Source: Tubiluchus corallicola
Lineage: Eukaryota > Animalia > Priapulida
NCBI GenBank assembly: GCA_030141605.1
Contig: JAQGDQ010000049.1
Span: forward strand, 744,001 to 808,000
Direction: 5' to 3'
Length of the DNA: 64,000 nucleotides
The notes beneath the pieces were generated by a model. The model was not told the DNA's origin. It worked only from the letters and a program-made list of their open reading frames with translations, and searched no databases. This document shows, piece after piece, positions 13,080-32,287 of the stretch (its first letter is position 1; every line of letters begins with the position of its first letter). A program made the position numbers and the translations under genes.

Positions 13080-14750
13080 ATTTACAAATATTTAATCAAT
13101 CGTAATATTCTTAATGATAATCAATTTGACTTCCGAAAAGGTTTTTCCACTGAGTTAGCACTAATTAAAGTATGTGAACGAATTGTAAATACGATAGAAA
13201 AAAATCGACAGCTGCGGGTATATTTTGTGACTTGTCAAAAGCATTCGACACTATGGACCATTCAGTTCTCCTTCATAAACTCTCACATTATTGTGTTCGG
13301 GGTTTGGTTTATAACGGGTTTGGAAATTATCAGTAATACTAATAGAATCTAAGTAGTCAGATGTAATAACTGTCTTTTCTGAATCTAAACTATAACATGC
13401 GGTGTGCCTCAAGGATCCATATCAGAACCGTTATTAAATTTAAGTTACATAAACGATCTAAGCAAGTTACTAAATAGAAATAATCTATTTCAATTTGCCG
13501 ATGACACTACTTTGTTTTTTGACTTGTGTTATCACTCTGTTGCAGAAATAAATGAACTCTTAAAACTAATTGCTAATTGATTCAAGGCAAATGTACTATC
13601 ATTAAATCCCACAAAAACAAAATGTGTTATTTTCCACTCCAAAAATAAAAAATTGCCCGTTAATTGTGACCTATATATTGATGGAGTAATTATTGAAAGA
13701 GTTAAAACTAGAAAACTAGAAAAACTAGAAAGTTCAAAAATTGCATAAAATGTTGGCATCATCTCAATTATTAAAAATAAATTACACAAGTTTCACTTAA
13801 CCCTTTCATACCCAATGTATCCCGTGGGATACAGGCTATATTTAGCACACGGGCACAGGTAGAAAAAAAAATTATTATGTGTAAACAAGATGTACAAAAA
13901 TAATCAGGTAATCACAGGAAGTATCTTATAACATTTTTCTTAAAACTGAAACTCTTGTTACAAAGAAAGAACTTTGTTTTCTGCTAAATTGCAAATTATT
14001 CCATAGAAAAGCTGACAGGGGAAAACTGGATTTATAAGCAACGATTCAACACTTAGAATTGAAGTTTCACCGTGAATATGTTCACAGGTTCTTGGACAGT
14101 TAAACTCAGTTCTTACCCACATTCATAACTTATACGAAAGTCGAATAATTTCATTAATAATTGCCATGAAATCTGAATTAAATTGCGTTCGCGAACTTTC
14201 TCCAAAATTACAAATGAGAGTTGAGCAGAAAAATGAAATTTGATGCATCGTTTGGAGAGAGAAAATAATAATTATTATGTGTAAACAAGATGGATATACT
14301 GAACAAAAGTACCAAGCCAAAAAATTTTTTGTTATTAAAAAATAATTTGGGACTGAAAGGGTTAATGACACCATATAAGTGTCTAATAGTACCCTATTTA
14401 ACTTACTGTTGTTTTTCTATGGGGCAAAACATATCCAACAAATTGGCCAGACATGACTTAGATGAATTTAGATGACTTAGCTTCTTGCCACCTCGCTATC
14501 TATCTGTACAAAACACACCACATTTTATTACCTCTGCATTTCATAAATCCTATCGTACGTAATCACCAATATCACTTCACTAGATTTAACGAATATTATA
14601 TTCCATTTGCAGGAACAATGTTGCCAGACACTTTCTAAAATTTACCTCTCCAAATCGATGGATAAAAATATCAATTTATGTCACAACACATCGAAAATTA
14701 TTTGGCTTCAAAAGATATATGCTCTTCTGCTCAAATCTTACTTATAATGC
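13080..14750 (+). mobile_element. Decayed LINE (CR1/L2-clade) RT fragment, interrupted by a piggyBac MITE
   Basis: Translatable remnants [45 protein letters not shown] and FADDT. It continues after the insertion as YKCLIVPYLTYC. Multiple stops and frameshifts. Confidence 0.85.
13801..14361. mobile_element. piggyBac-family MITE
   Basis: TTAA on both sides (13797-13800 and 14362-14365). TIRs ccctttcatacccaa / ttgggactgaaaggg match 13/15. Confidence 0.85.
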
Positions 14751-15233
14751 ATTTTTGGGTTTTGCCGTGAAGTGCGATAGTTACAGTACATCCTGCAACT
14801 GTTTACTTTACAGTTGATATTTTCATACTTTTGCATCACGTCTCTGTTGAACTCCTTTCTATTTCATTTCTCTTCTCTTTTTCTCTATCTTTGTCTATTA
14901 TTTTATCTTAACTATTTCCTGTTTTTCTATAATTCTTTCTCTTGTTAATTAAGCAGTTTTTTCTCCACTTTTCATTATGTTCTTATAAGCTTTGCTTCTT
15001 GACCACCTTGCAGCATGTATTTCCTGTTGATAAACTGTTATGTAGTTAGTAACTATATTAATATAATTCTTTTATAATTATTGTAATTACAGTTGATTTG
15101 ATGTATAATAGTTACAATGTGATAATGCAATTATGCTGAAGTGGACAATAAATTACGTCAATTATAAATAATAATTATAAGTTTAAAACTAAAGTGTGGT
15201 TTTATTATTTGTGTTTGCGTCTTGTAGGTATAA

Positions 15234-19625
<4,392 letters not shown>

Positions 19626-20711
19626 AACTTTTTCTTTGTACATTAAAACTATTAAAAATGTGAACTTTGAAGAAAATTGTTCTTGTTTGGATTATTTCTG
19701 GAACATAGTATACCATTTGCAAATTTACATTCAACACAGCAAACTTATTCGATGTTTTGCACAAATTTGCACTAGAATAGATAAGCTAAAATAGACATAG
19801 ACTATTATTGCTATAGTTATTAATTAAACAGAATAAATTATGCATAAAGGGAAGAGTTAGGGGGGTGCAGGGGAAAGGTTAGCGAAAGACCAATTGGTCA
19901 TCAAGTCAGCTACCCTTGCATACCCTAAACTATGATAATTGGGTTATGCACCTTTGAACTACATCATTAAATTTCAATGAAGTTTTCCTAGGGCTGATCA
20001 GATTTTTACTAATTTAATTATAGTGCTTTTTGAAATATGTAAAAAGCCTTGTGCAGTATGATTGACAATTTAAAAACTTATTCTCTAGATTAGCAGCTTG
20101 AATTCGTGGACAATTATACGTAGTGCAATATAGCACAATGCTGCACCATATGCCAAGTGTGTGCATCAATTAGTTATAATATTTGATGCAGCAGTTGAAG
20201 ATAATATTACAGTTAACTTCCTGGTCTATGGACATTCTTATATGCCCTGTAATTCAGTTAAACACGGTAAGACTGAAAAAATAGTATCAATAATAATTTA
20301 TGTAAAGCTATAATTTTTTCGTCCATTGGAAAATTAGAAGTGCTTTTAAATTATTTTCTCCACACCAGATGGCGCAGCACTGATACGCATCGGCATAGCA
20401 CTTTGTAGCTTTCTGCACTTTTAGACTTGGTCTGTCACACTACGCGCGTGTGTAATTTATTTGATCAACATGGGCTTTCATTGTCAATTTATGCTGTTTG
20501 AATTATAGCAGTTATACTTGCCCTTTGGGCTTTTTGGCATATGGCCTCATAATTTATCTCTCACTTCTTTATTAGATAATTAGGAGAAGCAGATGTGTTG
20601 GTTTTCGTGCAAACATGTTTCTGGTACACAGTGGACTGCCGAAGGAGCATAAATTGCGCTTTTCGGCAGTTAGTACTTTTTGCAGCTGATGGTAGGAGAA
20701 TAATTGTAATT

Positions 20712-23110
20712 ATGTCACTAATCGAGGTTAAACAAATTTGTGCAACAGATTTACAAAGAATTGCAAGTTTGGAATCCGAGGGTTAGTTTATTTTGCTTTT
20801 AGTTACTCTTTGATAATATCACGAGGTTCGTTTACATGCATGCGGAAAGTAATACAGTTTCTGTAATTTTGACCTACATATTTAGGCTTCTTTCGTCACT
20901 ATGCACTCTAACCTTGTTTGTCATATACTGTGGTTTCAATAACTTCATATAAATGACCAGTATCAATATAACTGTGATTCTTTCATGAATTACATTTTCA
21001 GCCTATCCAGTCGATGAAAGCGCTTCTCTTGAGCAATTACAGTATCGACTATCTGCAGCTCCAGAATTATTTTTAGGATACTACAAAGATGGTATCTTGC
21101 TTGCTGTAAGTGAAGCCTGTTTGTAGCTCTACTGTTCGGATTAATTTTCAATGTCTGAATTGTACATGTATTTAAATTTACTATGTTTTATGTTTTTCCT
21201 TTTGTATTGCATGTTGTATAATGTATTCATCAGGCACTAGTTGCAAACAATGATAGAGGTTTAAAATTGTTTTATTTTTTTGTTTTTAGTATGTTTGTGG
21301 TACAAGATCAAGTGAAGTTAGACTTACAGAAAACTCTATGAAAGCACATGATGATAAAGGACGTAAGTGTATAAAGTAGCTTGATAGGGATATTATACGT
21401 AGATACTAACAAAATTCTGTTTGCTGTAGTGTTACTGACAAAAAGTTTACCAAAATTATGTAGTCTTCAGACCTGTAAACTCAGATTAATGCTGGGTAGT
21501 ACTTCAGACAAACAACATTAATTACCACTCAAGGTAAGGATCTACAGTAAAAATGTGAAGGTATGAATATGTGAGTCAGGTTGTAATTTTCAAGGCAAAA
21601 ATTTTTTGATAGGAATTCCACAGATTAGAAGCTGTCATAATGTACTTTAGGAGGGTAAAAATGGCTTTATATGTAAATTTTTTACTGGAAAGCTTAAATT
21701 TAATTATAAACAATTTCATGATTTTGTATTACTAAGAATGGCTGCAAAAATCTCTAAAATGCAGAAAATGTGTCAGTTTCAGGGCACTGGTCCAAACTTC
21801 TCTGAGAATCATACCTACCTCCTAGCTGCTCTAGCCATCTGGGGTCTCACTCTTCGGGAATTCTAAAACTTGAGAGCTCTGAAACTTGTTCACTCCAAGA
21901 TACAGTTTTGAAAATGTTAATATCGTGAATGTGTTTAATAATAAATGTAGTTTTAATATGCTAATAGACATATTAATTACATATATTGCGGCTTATCTGG
22001 ATTTTATCATTACTTCTACTAATGATATCTATTTTAAAGATGTAGCTAATATATCTCATTTAATTGTTTTCTGACAGCCAGCTATATAATTACCAGACTT
22101 GCGGACATTTTTTTTACATCATAACTAAATTTCTCTGTTAGTCTAACAATTATCTTTCAATATTACATGCAAGAACCACTGTGATTACGGGAAATTATAA
22201 TATAGCAAAACTTGTGTTACTATCTATTATGAGAAAGCATTATAGTTAATGTTTTTAAAAGTTTTTATCACATGCAGTTATATAAAGTTTTAAGCGTCTG
22301 TAAATTGTAGTACTATATAATTACTAATATTAATTTTTGTTTAACGCTTTTGTAGATTTAGTGTGTATTCATTCTGTTTGTGTGGATAAAGACCATAGAA
22401 GAAAAGTAAGTTTCTGTAACACCAAGTATTTCAGTAATGATTTAGATGGTTGGATGCGACACTATGTATAAACTTGTAATTATCTCTATGTCACTGTTTG
22501 AAATGTAAGGCGACTAGTATGCTGTATGCTTAATGTTGTATGTATATAATACACCACATTCAAATCGATCAGACAGGTTTTTAATAGCCATGTTATGATT
22601 GGTTGGTCTTGTGCAACCTTACAATCACACAAGATTAGTTGCTTACATACTATTTTTTGTATTCAAAAAGATAAATGCTTTACTGATTTCACATTGCATA
22701 AGATTTAAGCGAAAGTGAATACTAAATTTAATAATTAATTGTATGAATTTTATTTTAGGGCATAGCATTATTATTGCTTAAAACATATGTGGAGTATATA
22801 AACACACACTGCCTGGGGGTGAGAAAAATTGCATTGATCAGCCACGTTGAACTGATCCCTCTCTATACCAGAGTGGGTTTCACTCTTCTGGGGCCATCAG
22901 CTGTTACACACGGTAACTGTAGCTTTTATGGCTGGCGTAATTTTTTTGTTTTTACAGCTATAAACCATTTTAACTGCAGGTTCTCCTTATGAGAAGAGCA
23001 ATACTTTGTTTTTATTTTATTTATCAAACTGTACGTTAACTTTGAACTTGATGTTTTTATTTGCAGGAAAACGACGGTGGTATGAATGTGAACTTTCTCT
23101 CCGCAGATGA
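20712..23110 (+). CDS. GNAT N-acetyltransferase, PAA1/non-vertebrate AANAT-like
   Basis: Exons 20712-20781, 21002-21105, 21290-21362, 22356-22405, 22759-22912 and 23067-23110 splice in frame to MSLIEV..LESEAYPVDESASLEQLQYRLSAAPELFLG..YVCGTR..SMKAHDDKGHLVCIHSVCVDKDHRRKGIALLLLKTY..IALISHVELIPLYTRVGFTLLGPSAVTHGKRRWYECEL. Acetyl-CoA motif RRKGIA. Confidence 0.9.
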
Positions 23111-24250
23111 CGTCAGCATTACAATACAAATGTGTGTCTTAATAAAACAAAAGGGAACGAAAATGTAGTTGCTATATTGCAGGCCAATTTGCGGCAAATG
23201 TGATGGATGAAACTGTGAAATGAAAAGTTCAGTATGATTAGTTTTTTAAATTAAATCATTGCCTTATTCTGTTTGTCTTATGGCTTGTTTAAAGAACTGT
23301 GAATGCAGCCAATCCGCTAAAAAACAATGGTGGATTATTGTTAAAAACACAGCCTGATTACTCTCTCGGTATGCTTGACAAAGTAGAGCTACTAGATAGC
23401 TGTCAGTTCACAGATTTGATTATTCAAATCTGTACCCAGAAAAGCTAATAAATGACATTCAGTGAACTTGTAACAAACATTTACCAACTTGGGCAAGCAA
23501 GCAACAAATTTGCAGCTGATGGTCAGTTCAATTTGCAAAATAAATGTACAGTTGTCATTAATGTATCAGTGTTGATTAGTTAGTACAAAAGCATATCTTT
23601 GCTCTATTGTGCAGCAATTGCTGGCTGATCGTATTATCAATTCACTCAGTTTTACAAATGTTTTGAATGATAATGGATGCATAATGTTTGTTAACGAAAG
23701 TAAAAACGCTTTGCTTATGTCTGACCTGACATAAACACATAATCCATATAATTTCAGTTGCTCTTAGTTTTAACGGGATGTGACAGCGAATTAGGCTGTG
23801 GATCAATGTCACCTCCATTGCTTACCTGACTTGATATTGTATAAAATCTATTAAATCTTACTGCATCCAATAAACACTACATAATACAATAACCATGTGT
23901 AAGTATATTGTATAGTATTTACTTTGAAGTATTATTGTATAATAATATTCTGAATGAGAGATTGATTCACATATGACTGTTTGTTTTATTGTGCACCAAG
24001 AAATCCTGTAATTGAAAAAACAGCTTGATGAATCTAGTATTGTAACAAAAAGGTAAAATTTATTCCAGAGATCGTAATTATGATTACATGACTATGGACT
24101 CGAATTTTTCCTATACATTACAAACAATTTAGTTTGTACAAAGATAACACCTACAACTTCACTGCAATTTAACTTTAAACAACTGCAAAATAAATAATTA
24201 ACAGTTTATCTACTAAATTAATAAATATTTACAGACTGATTATATTGCCA

Positions 24251-27200
24251 TTATACAGCTGCAGGTAGTCCCAAAGCATCTGCCCCAAATACTGATACAA
24301 AATATTTTACATACAACTCGCAGTATTCACCTGAAAGATAACAAAAACAAATAAACTGAGAAGAAATAAAAAAACTACATCGTGTATGCCAAGTTGGAGT
24401 CTGGCAAGTTTGTTATGTTATGATTTACTACATCTTTCTACGCTTGTGTCTACGGAGGTACAGCAAATGATTTACAAAACCACTGAGTTTAGAATTTGAA
24501 TGATTTAAATGCCAGATGCAGGGCCTCCGAAAACAAAACCGAACAAACGTGATCAACTTTGGCATCAAGTAAAAGAAAAAAATTTGAGTGTAGCCTAGAT
24601 TTAAACTAGGTGCTCCTGTAATGCTCGTTCAATACCTAAGTCACTAAACCACACCTCGTGATGAAGAAAGATTAATTATTGCTAGAGCATTTGCATCACT
24701 GCGATGTCTTGAGCGGAAGATTTGGCACCATAAAATCCATACAGAGCAAACAAATGAACAAACAAACACGACTCGCTTAGAAGTATAGATTTTTGATTCA
24801 TTCTATCATAAAAAGATAATCCTAATTTAAGATTATAAACAATTAATTGAAGAGGTTATTTACCTTTGGCAAAATCTGACTTTCCACGCAAGCGCACGTT
24901 CCTCTGTTCGAAGAATTTGAACACATTGTAGAAAAGCATTTTGTCCTGTGTAGCCATTGCTCCTTCTAGAAACTTCCGGGCCGATATGGTATCAACTTGA
25001 CCAACACTTCGAACAAACCTGTCAAAAATGTTATAACTTATAATTAATGTCAAATTCAATTTCAGTTTATTTCACCCAACAAAAATTACTATGGTATTGA
25101 ATGTTACCATATGGTGGCTATGAAAGAGACTTTGTTAACCCACCGTGACGACGACATGCCACATTTTCAGACTCTAAAAATACATATTATAAATAAAGAG
25201 CAAGCTTGGCAATTTTGTATCTTATATAATGAAGTGCATGTTTTCTAAAAATCATTTTAAGCAATAATTTCTGCATCAGTAAAAAAATCTCAAAATAAGC
25301 AAATATTCAAGATTAATGCGAACAATATTAACAGAGAATATAGTATCCGTCATCAGGAAATAATGATTGCATTTTTCTAACAATGTTGTTGGCAGAATTT
25401 TTTTAACCTACTTTATATCGAATATTTTTTTAACAAAATGCAGTGAAATGTATATTAATGTGCCACATAAAATAATCTTGACTAATAAAAGCTGAACTGA
25501 AATGAAATGGTATAGTCTATCAAATGAAATGGTAAATATTGTATAATCTATTTACCTTTTATTAATGAGTTTCATTTCCAATGCTAATGCTGCAAACCAT
25601 ATAATTAGCATATATTTAGTGAAATTTAAATTCCTACCTCAAAGCAGGAAGAAGTTGATGGGTCGACAACAAAACTTCAATTATTTCTTCATTTGCCGTG
25701 GATAATCGCTAAATAGCAGAGAAATACCATGAGTTAAGCTTACCTGATTTTCGGTAGCTACTACTGCATGTGATAAAGCATAAAATAAAAATGAATAAGC
25801 ATTTAATGATTGTTTAATTGTTTGTTAACCTGAAAATGATCCAAAGTAAAGTTTTGTAACATCACGTCTTTTCTTTTTTCTTTATTGAGGGTTTTTTGTT
25901 GTTATCTTGTTTGTCATTTGACATTTGTTTCATTACGTAACAAGACAAATGAAGGTTACTTCGCATAAACAGTAAAATAACGCAGAAACCTTGAGCATAT
26001 CCAGTGCCAACTGGTGAGCGGGAGGGTAGGTATTCTCCAGAGAAAGTAAGAGACAAGCAAGTGGCTTGGAATCATTCAGCACGTGATACTGCAGCAACTG
26101 ATGCAGTTGATAGAAACATCCATTTTTTACCAGTGTGTTAATGATTAGCTCATGGAGAAAATGCTGCAACAATACAATAAGTAAAAGTTTTAACAATATG
26201 TGATGTACATTCACTTTAACTCACTTTGAATACTTCACTACAATGCAGTGCAATTACATTCTCTATGGCTTCTTTTTAAGCTCACATGCTATGTTTATTA
26301 AATGAACATCGTAGTTGAATTTACAAGGAAACCATCTAGCCTGTTATGAGATTATTATAACAGTCAAGTGATAAAAATCTTTAAGTTTCAGACGTTTTAG
26401 TAACCTACCTTAGTCATAACCCACCACTGAGACGAAGAAGAAAAATTGTACAGCATCATGAATGTGTAACATCTTTTTTCAGGAAAGAGCAATTTAAAAC
26501 AAACTAATGCAGTAAGTGGTACTCAAAATTGGCCTAGCTGTCAAGACTAATTTGTGTACTGTTACTCAAAATACAACCACGGTGCATTTGACTATAAACA
26601 GAAACAAGTTTCGATTCAAACCAACCTGAATCTCCCTAATTAAAAATTATGGTGATTAATTTAAACAATCACAGAAGTTTAGCTACTGTCACAAGTTGGA
26701 TGAACACAGAAAAAACAGATCAATTTGTAAAGGTGGGTTACAAGACGAACTTTATTTCCCAGTAAACCTAGTTCAAATTAGGTCTTATAACGATTATGTC
26801 ATTACAGCTGTTATTCTGTAAATATGCTGAAATGTAGCTAACATTACCATAAATGTGTGTGAGTGTACCCCGGTGAGTTGGCGCTTATACGTGCATTTAT
26901 TTCTGTTAGACGTTAAAAAGATATCATGTATTACTTTATTCACTTTTTCTGGGCGATGTTTTGTCATATATGTTTGTTCTGTTATATGTTTTAACCTAGG
27001 CGTATTTTTGCATCTATTTTGTGAGAATTAGTAAAATTTGATGCCATGATAAAACGTCGTTAGTGTTTTATTTTACAAAACTTACCTGAACCGGTATGTG
27101 AAACTGATTCAGTGACCGAATATACTCCATCAGTACGGCTACAACAAACTTATATTTTTCTTTGTCCCAGCTATCAACAAACACTGACAGTACATGGGTG

Positions 27201-30200
27201 TACATGTCGGACTGGTCAATAACCACACGGTGCGGCCGAACTGCATTTGTCGATTCTTTCACCTGAAAGTCATAGGTAATAAAAAATAAAATTGTTAACT
27301 TCTGCATTACTGTATAAAGTTTAGTTCAATTAGAAAACTTTAGAGTTACTCTCACGTATGGTCACCAAACTAATCATAAACTTTTGTCTAACAATCCTCT
27401 GCATACAGGCTGCTGTAGTTCAACTTCAATTGTGATATTTATTCAAGTATTACTTTCTCTCACCCTAATGATTATGATGAAGTTGATACAAGTTTATATC
27501 ATCTAATGGTTTGAAGCTGTGATCTGAAGTACTAATATCCATTTATATTTAATTGGAAAATAATAGTGTATCAGAAAATAGTAAATTATTTGTATCAAGT
27601 GAATTAGTTGTCACATATTCAGGAGATTTTGAAACGTAATTCAATTTTTATAATTACATCTATAGTTAAAGCTGACCTGGAGTTGTACTCCGCATGATGT
27701 AGACCACAGTACTACTGTGTGTTTGTCCTCAATTTCACAACTTTGCAACGTGGAACAAAATGCATGATAGTTTCGCTAAATCTTATAAATTTCTTGCTTT
27801 TGCATGAATAGATAATTAGCTGCTTTCCCAAAAGGTTTTATTGTACAAAATAAATCATAGAAACTTGCAGATTTGTTGAAGTGAAGTTTTTTACGAGTCC
27901 AAACACAAAATTGACAGGGAAATGGCAGGCTACCTTTCAATCTTCAGTCAGCACAGCCAATAAACCTCACAATAACATTCAACTTTTCCTATATTAATTT
28001 TTACAAGAACAATGACACAATAGTTTACATATCCATTAAAGAATTACAACTTATTAAACCTACCTGAGTATCTAAGTATGACTTGTATATTGCACTGAGC
28101 TTATCAAAGATTTGAGCTATTATCTTGAGACTACATTGGTGCAGACCAGGCACTAGTAGCTTTCGACAGACGTGGAGTAAAACTTGTTTAGAGTCGCTCC
28201 GCTCTCGGAGAAAATCTACTAGCTTTAAACGATCTGACAGCAGTTCTATGATTGGATATAAATTGACTTGAACAAACCACAGACAACCTGAACAAAAAAC
28301 ATTGGTAAGCAGGTTTAATTTATCTGTTGCTACAATTTTAAATGCAGATAAATCACAATCTACACAGAAAATAAATATTTATCCTTCTTAGCTAGGTACA
28401 TGAACAATTTCCCATCCATTTAAAAAAACTAATGTCAAAGTTAGTTTAAACTGATAAATTTGACTATAAAAAATACAATTGAACATGCAAACCAAGTTGA
28501 AATGCACCTTAAAGATATCAAGCTGCTAAATTCATCAATTACTACCCAAAATGTATACGTATTTATATCGTACAAGTGTACCATTTACGAGGCTGAAATT
28601 GTTTGTTACAGTGTTATCATAGAAATCTATAAATATTGTTTTGATTAGTGTAAAAGCATTTTAGTAAAATCGCAAGCAGCATATTCAAAGGAAATTACAT
28701 TAAAGCTAACTTGCTTTCACTCTATATTGAGCAAATTAGATGCTGTTTAATTACATGACTGGTATTAAATCCTACCCACCCCATTTTGCATCTATGACAA
28801 TATTTGGATGAAAGACAATCCAATTCGAAGAATCTGAGATGTAAGTCAAGGAAGTACGTATAAGAAAACAACAGTTGTTTACTGAAGCATAGACAGACTT
28901 TATTTAACATTTTATTGACATCAACATGTGAAAAAAATGGTACACACTTGTTTAGCCAAACAATGAAAATTTGTTATTTTCTTGATAAATATAAAACTTT
29001 TAGAATACAAAACTTTTTTGAATCTAGAAACCTTTGTACAAGGGTATTAAATCAGACTAAAATTAAACTGCATTTATGAAAAACTAGAGTAAGATAACAC
29101 GATAATCAATGAACTGCTGATTTATTGACTGCAAGAACTCAGATAATCAGTTCTAAGCAATGCAAATGTAAACACATCTAATAATCTGATACCAATGAAT
29201 AAAAATAAATTTTATTCACTAATAGTAAAAATTATAAATTCCAATTCTTACACGCTAATGTTCTACTTCACTAATGTAATGTAAAATTTATTTAAACAGT
29301 GCACTACATTATTAAAAATCTCAGCATGCTGAACAATAAAATGCATTTAAAATTCATAAGATACATAAAATTTAAAAGACATTAAAAATTAAAAAATACT
29401 TTATTATAAAAATTACAATTTAAACAAATGTGCTTTAAGATGTTGTTTAAAAGGCTGTAATGAATTTGCAGAAGGAATTACTAATCAATTACAAGTGTAC
29501 TCAAAACCAGTCAAGCTTACAAAGCCATTTTGGAGCTTCTTAAATTAGCTTTCTCACTGGTAATTCAAAACATACAAATTGCGTTATTTATATAAGACTA
29601 AGGAAAAACTTTGTTAAAAATTCATTGTTTGTACAAAAAATTTAACATTGTTAAACAGTAGTAACCGGTGCACAAGTACTTATTGAAGCCCTACATATGT
29701 TTTGTCTTCATCTGTTACTACAATGTAAGAAAACATAGTATAAATCACTAAAATTGAGATCAAGGAAAACTGCACTATTAATTCATGATGAAGAAAGGAA
29801 TCTACCCACACAGATACAATATTAACATTCATTATGTGCAGATTTATTTCTTTACAATTAAAATGTAGTACAATTTGGAAACTTGTTGATCTGTTCCTCA
29901 TTTTTTTATCCAAACAATGAAAATTTGCTATTTTCTTGATAAATATATAAAACTTTCAGAATACAAAACTTTTTTGAATCTAGAAACCTTTGTACGAGGG
30001 TATTAAATCAGACTAAAATTAAACTGCATTTATGAGAAAGTAGAAAAAGATAATACAATAATCAATAAACTGCGGATTTATTGACTGCAAGAACTCAAAT
30101 ATTTCAGTTTTAGGCAATGCAAATGCAAAAAACATCTAATAATCTGATACCAATGAATAAAAATAAATTTTATTCACTAATAGTAAGAATGTGATAACTT

Positions 30201-32236
30201 GTAAAATTTTCTTTGATCTCAGATTTATTTTATCGTAGTCCTTAATGTAGTTCCACAGTAGAATAAAACACATGCTGGATGTCAACAAACATTTGTCTAC
30301 AATTGCTAAAAAAGGATACAAAGTTCACAGCTAAGTTCTGTTGGTTCGTTGAGCGGATTAGTTGGCATTGGAGGTAGTTGAATTGTAAATGGTTTAATGG
30401 ATAACTGAGAGCACACTGGGTAGTGGTAATTTACATAACCATCTGAATCTGCCGACAATTTGATATCAAATATCATTGATGTCTGAAACAAAAGTATCAA
30501 TAAGAAAAGTTTCCACAATCTTAACAGTTGCGAGATTAAGCCATATTGTTTGTATTATTAACAAAACTGAATTATTCAGATCCAAATACACGAGCATGAC
30601 CTTTTTATCACTTCATTATGCCTGGTAAAGTGTGGTTCACGCATGTCAAAAACTATATACTACTATGCTCCTGTGTGGGGCTCATCAGTGTGCACAGTGC
30701 TCGTGACTAATTATCATTTTACTATGCCTGGTCTAGTGCAAGTTTACTTATTCCTTAAATCTGTTCAAAAGAAAATGTCCCAATTTGTACTATTCAGCAA
30801 AATCTAGAGTTTTCAGTTTATTAATTGAAAATGTTATTATTACTCCTCTATTTATTAAGCTGCACTTAGTAAATTAATTCACTTGATGAAAAATTTACAT
30901 TCAGACTCACCTTAGATGCTTGATGATGCACTATAATGAGATTATCTACAATATTCACAGCAAATCGACCACTCATGTCTAATCGTAATATATCTGTTTT
31001 TCTGGCCGGACTTTCCCTCGAAAAATAGTTCAAACGATTTAAAATGTTTAATTTTGCTGTTTTACTCTCTACAAAATAAACCTTTATACTGACATCATTG
31101 TGAATGGCTATCATTGGCTATCAATCGAGAAAAAACAAGAACAATGTGAAATGAAACCAGATATAAAACTTTTTTCCTCGTGCATCTATTCAATGCTGCA
31201 ATGACGAAAAAACTTGATCGATTATTCGCAAAATCATTTTATAATACAGTATTTTTGAGCAGCAATAAATTTAACTGATTTAATTGCACTTAGCAATTAT
31301 TATCACCTTTAGAGGACAAGAAAACGGAATTCATGAATAAAGTTAAAAAATTCCTCTTGAAATTTTAAAGCACTTACATGCTGTCTTATTCCATACAGAG
31401 CTTCTGTTAGCAGTATCGATGTATACAACTTGTAAATTTGCACTCATACACTGATAATTAGGTACAGCAATTTTAACAGTCAGTCGGTAAGAGTAAGAAA
31501 TTGAAGCAAATGCAGATAACATTGCATAAAATTAAAAATAATAATCAGGACATTCGTAGCACACAATTCACCAACTAAGCAAATGTATAAATTACTTTAT
31601 CCTGTCAATAAGATTCATAATATGCTTTTAGCAAGTCAGCGATGTATTTTGGTGTCCACTGGAATAGTGAAACAGTGACATCTCCAGCTGGTGGGAACAT
31701 TTTAAATTACTAAAAGGTTTCTTTTTTAGTTATATAAGTCTTTCTAACAAGTAAACATAACGCTGAGTATTATAACCTTATATAGAACATTTTTTGGTCA
31801 TAGTTTAACATTTCCTCTCCCTCCCCTTTAAAAAGTGAGCAGCATCAAATGTACCTAGAACACTAAGTTGTGACTAAAAGTATTTGCAATGACAGTTGTA
31901 CAAGTAAATCCTATTTCTGACACTGGTGATATTAACTACAAAAGAATACCTATGCAACTGATAAAGACAAACTTCAGCTATTGGCTGTCCTGCTATTCTC
32001 TGCTGCTGCCGCAAAACTATCACAAACAATTGGTTGTATCTGAAACATGTAAAATAATCATACATTTGTGAGACACTCATAAAAGCCAGAATATCAAACC
32101 ACATTAACATATCACCCTAAAACTCTATAGTGTACTAGACCTTCATAAAAATGCTGCTGTAAAAAGACTGTTAAGCACCGTTTGATATACGTATATACAT
32201 ATATATATATATATATGTATGTATATGTATATATAG

Positions 32237-32287
<51 letters not shown>

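Noticed and set aside
23195-23245. SECIS-like ATGA..AAAA..TGAT downstream of the GNAT TGA stop
   Set aside because: The AA-to-GA spacing is too short and helix 2 is weak. The TGA falls at the expected C-terminus.
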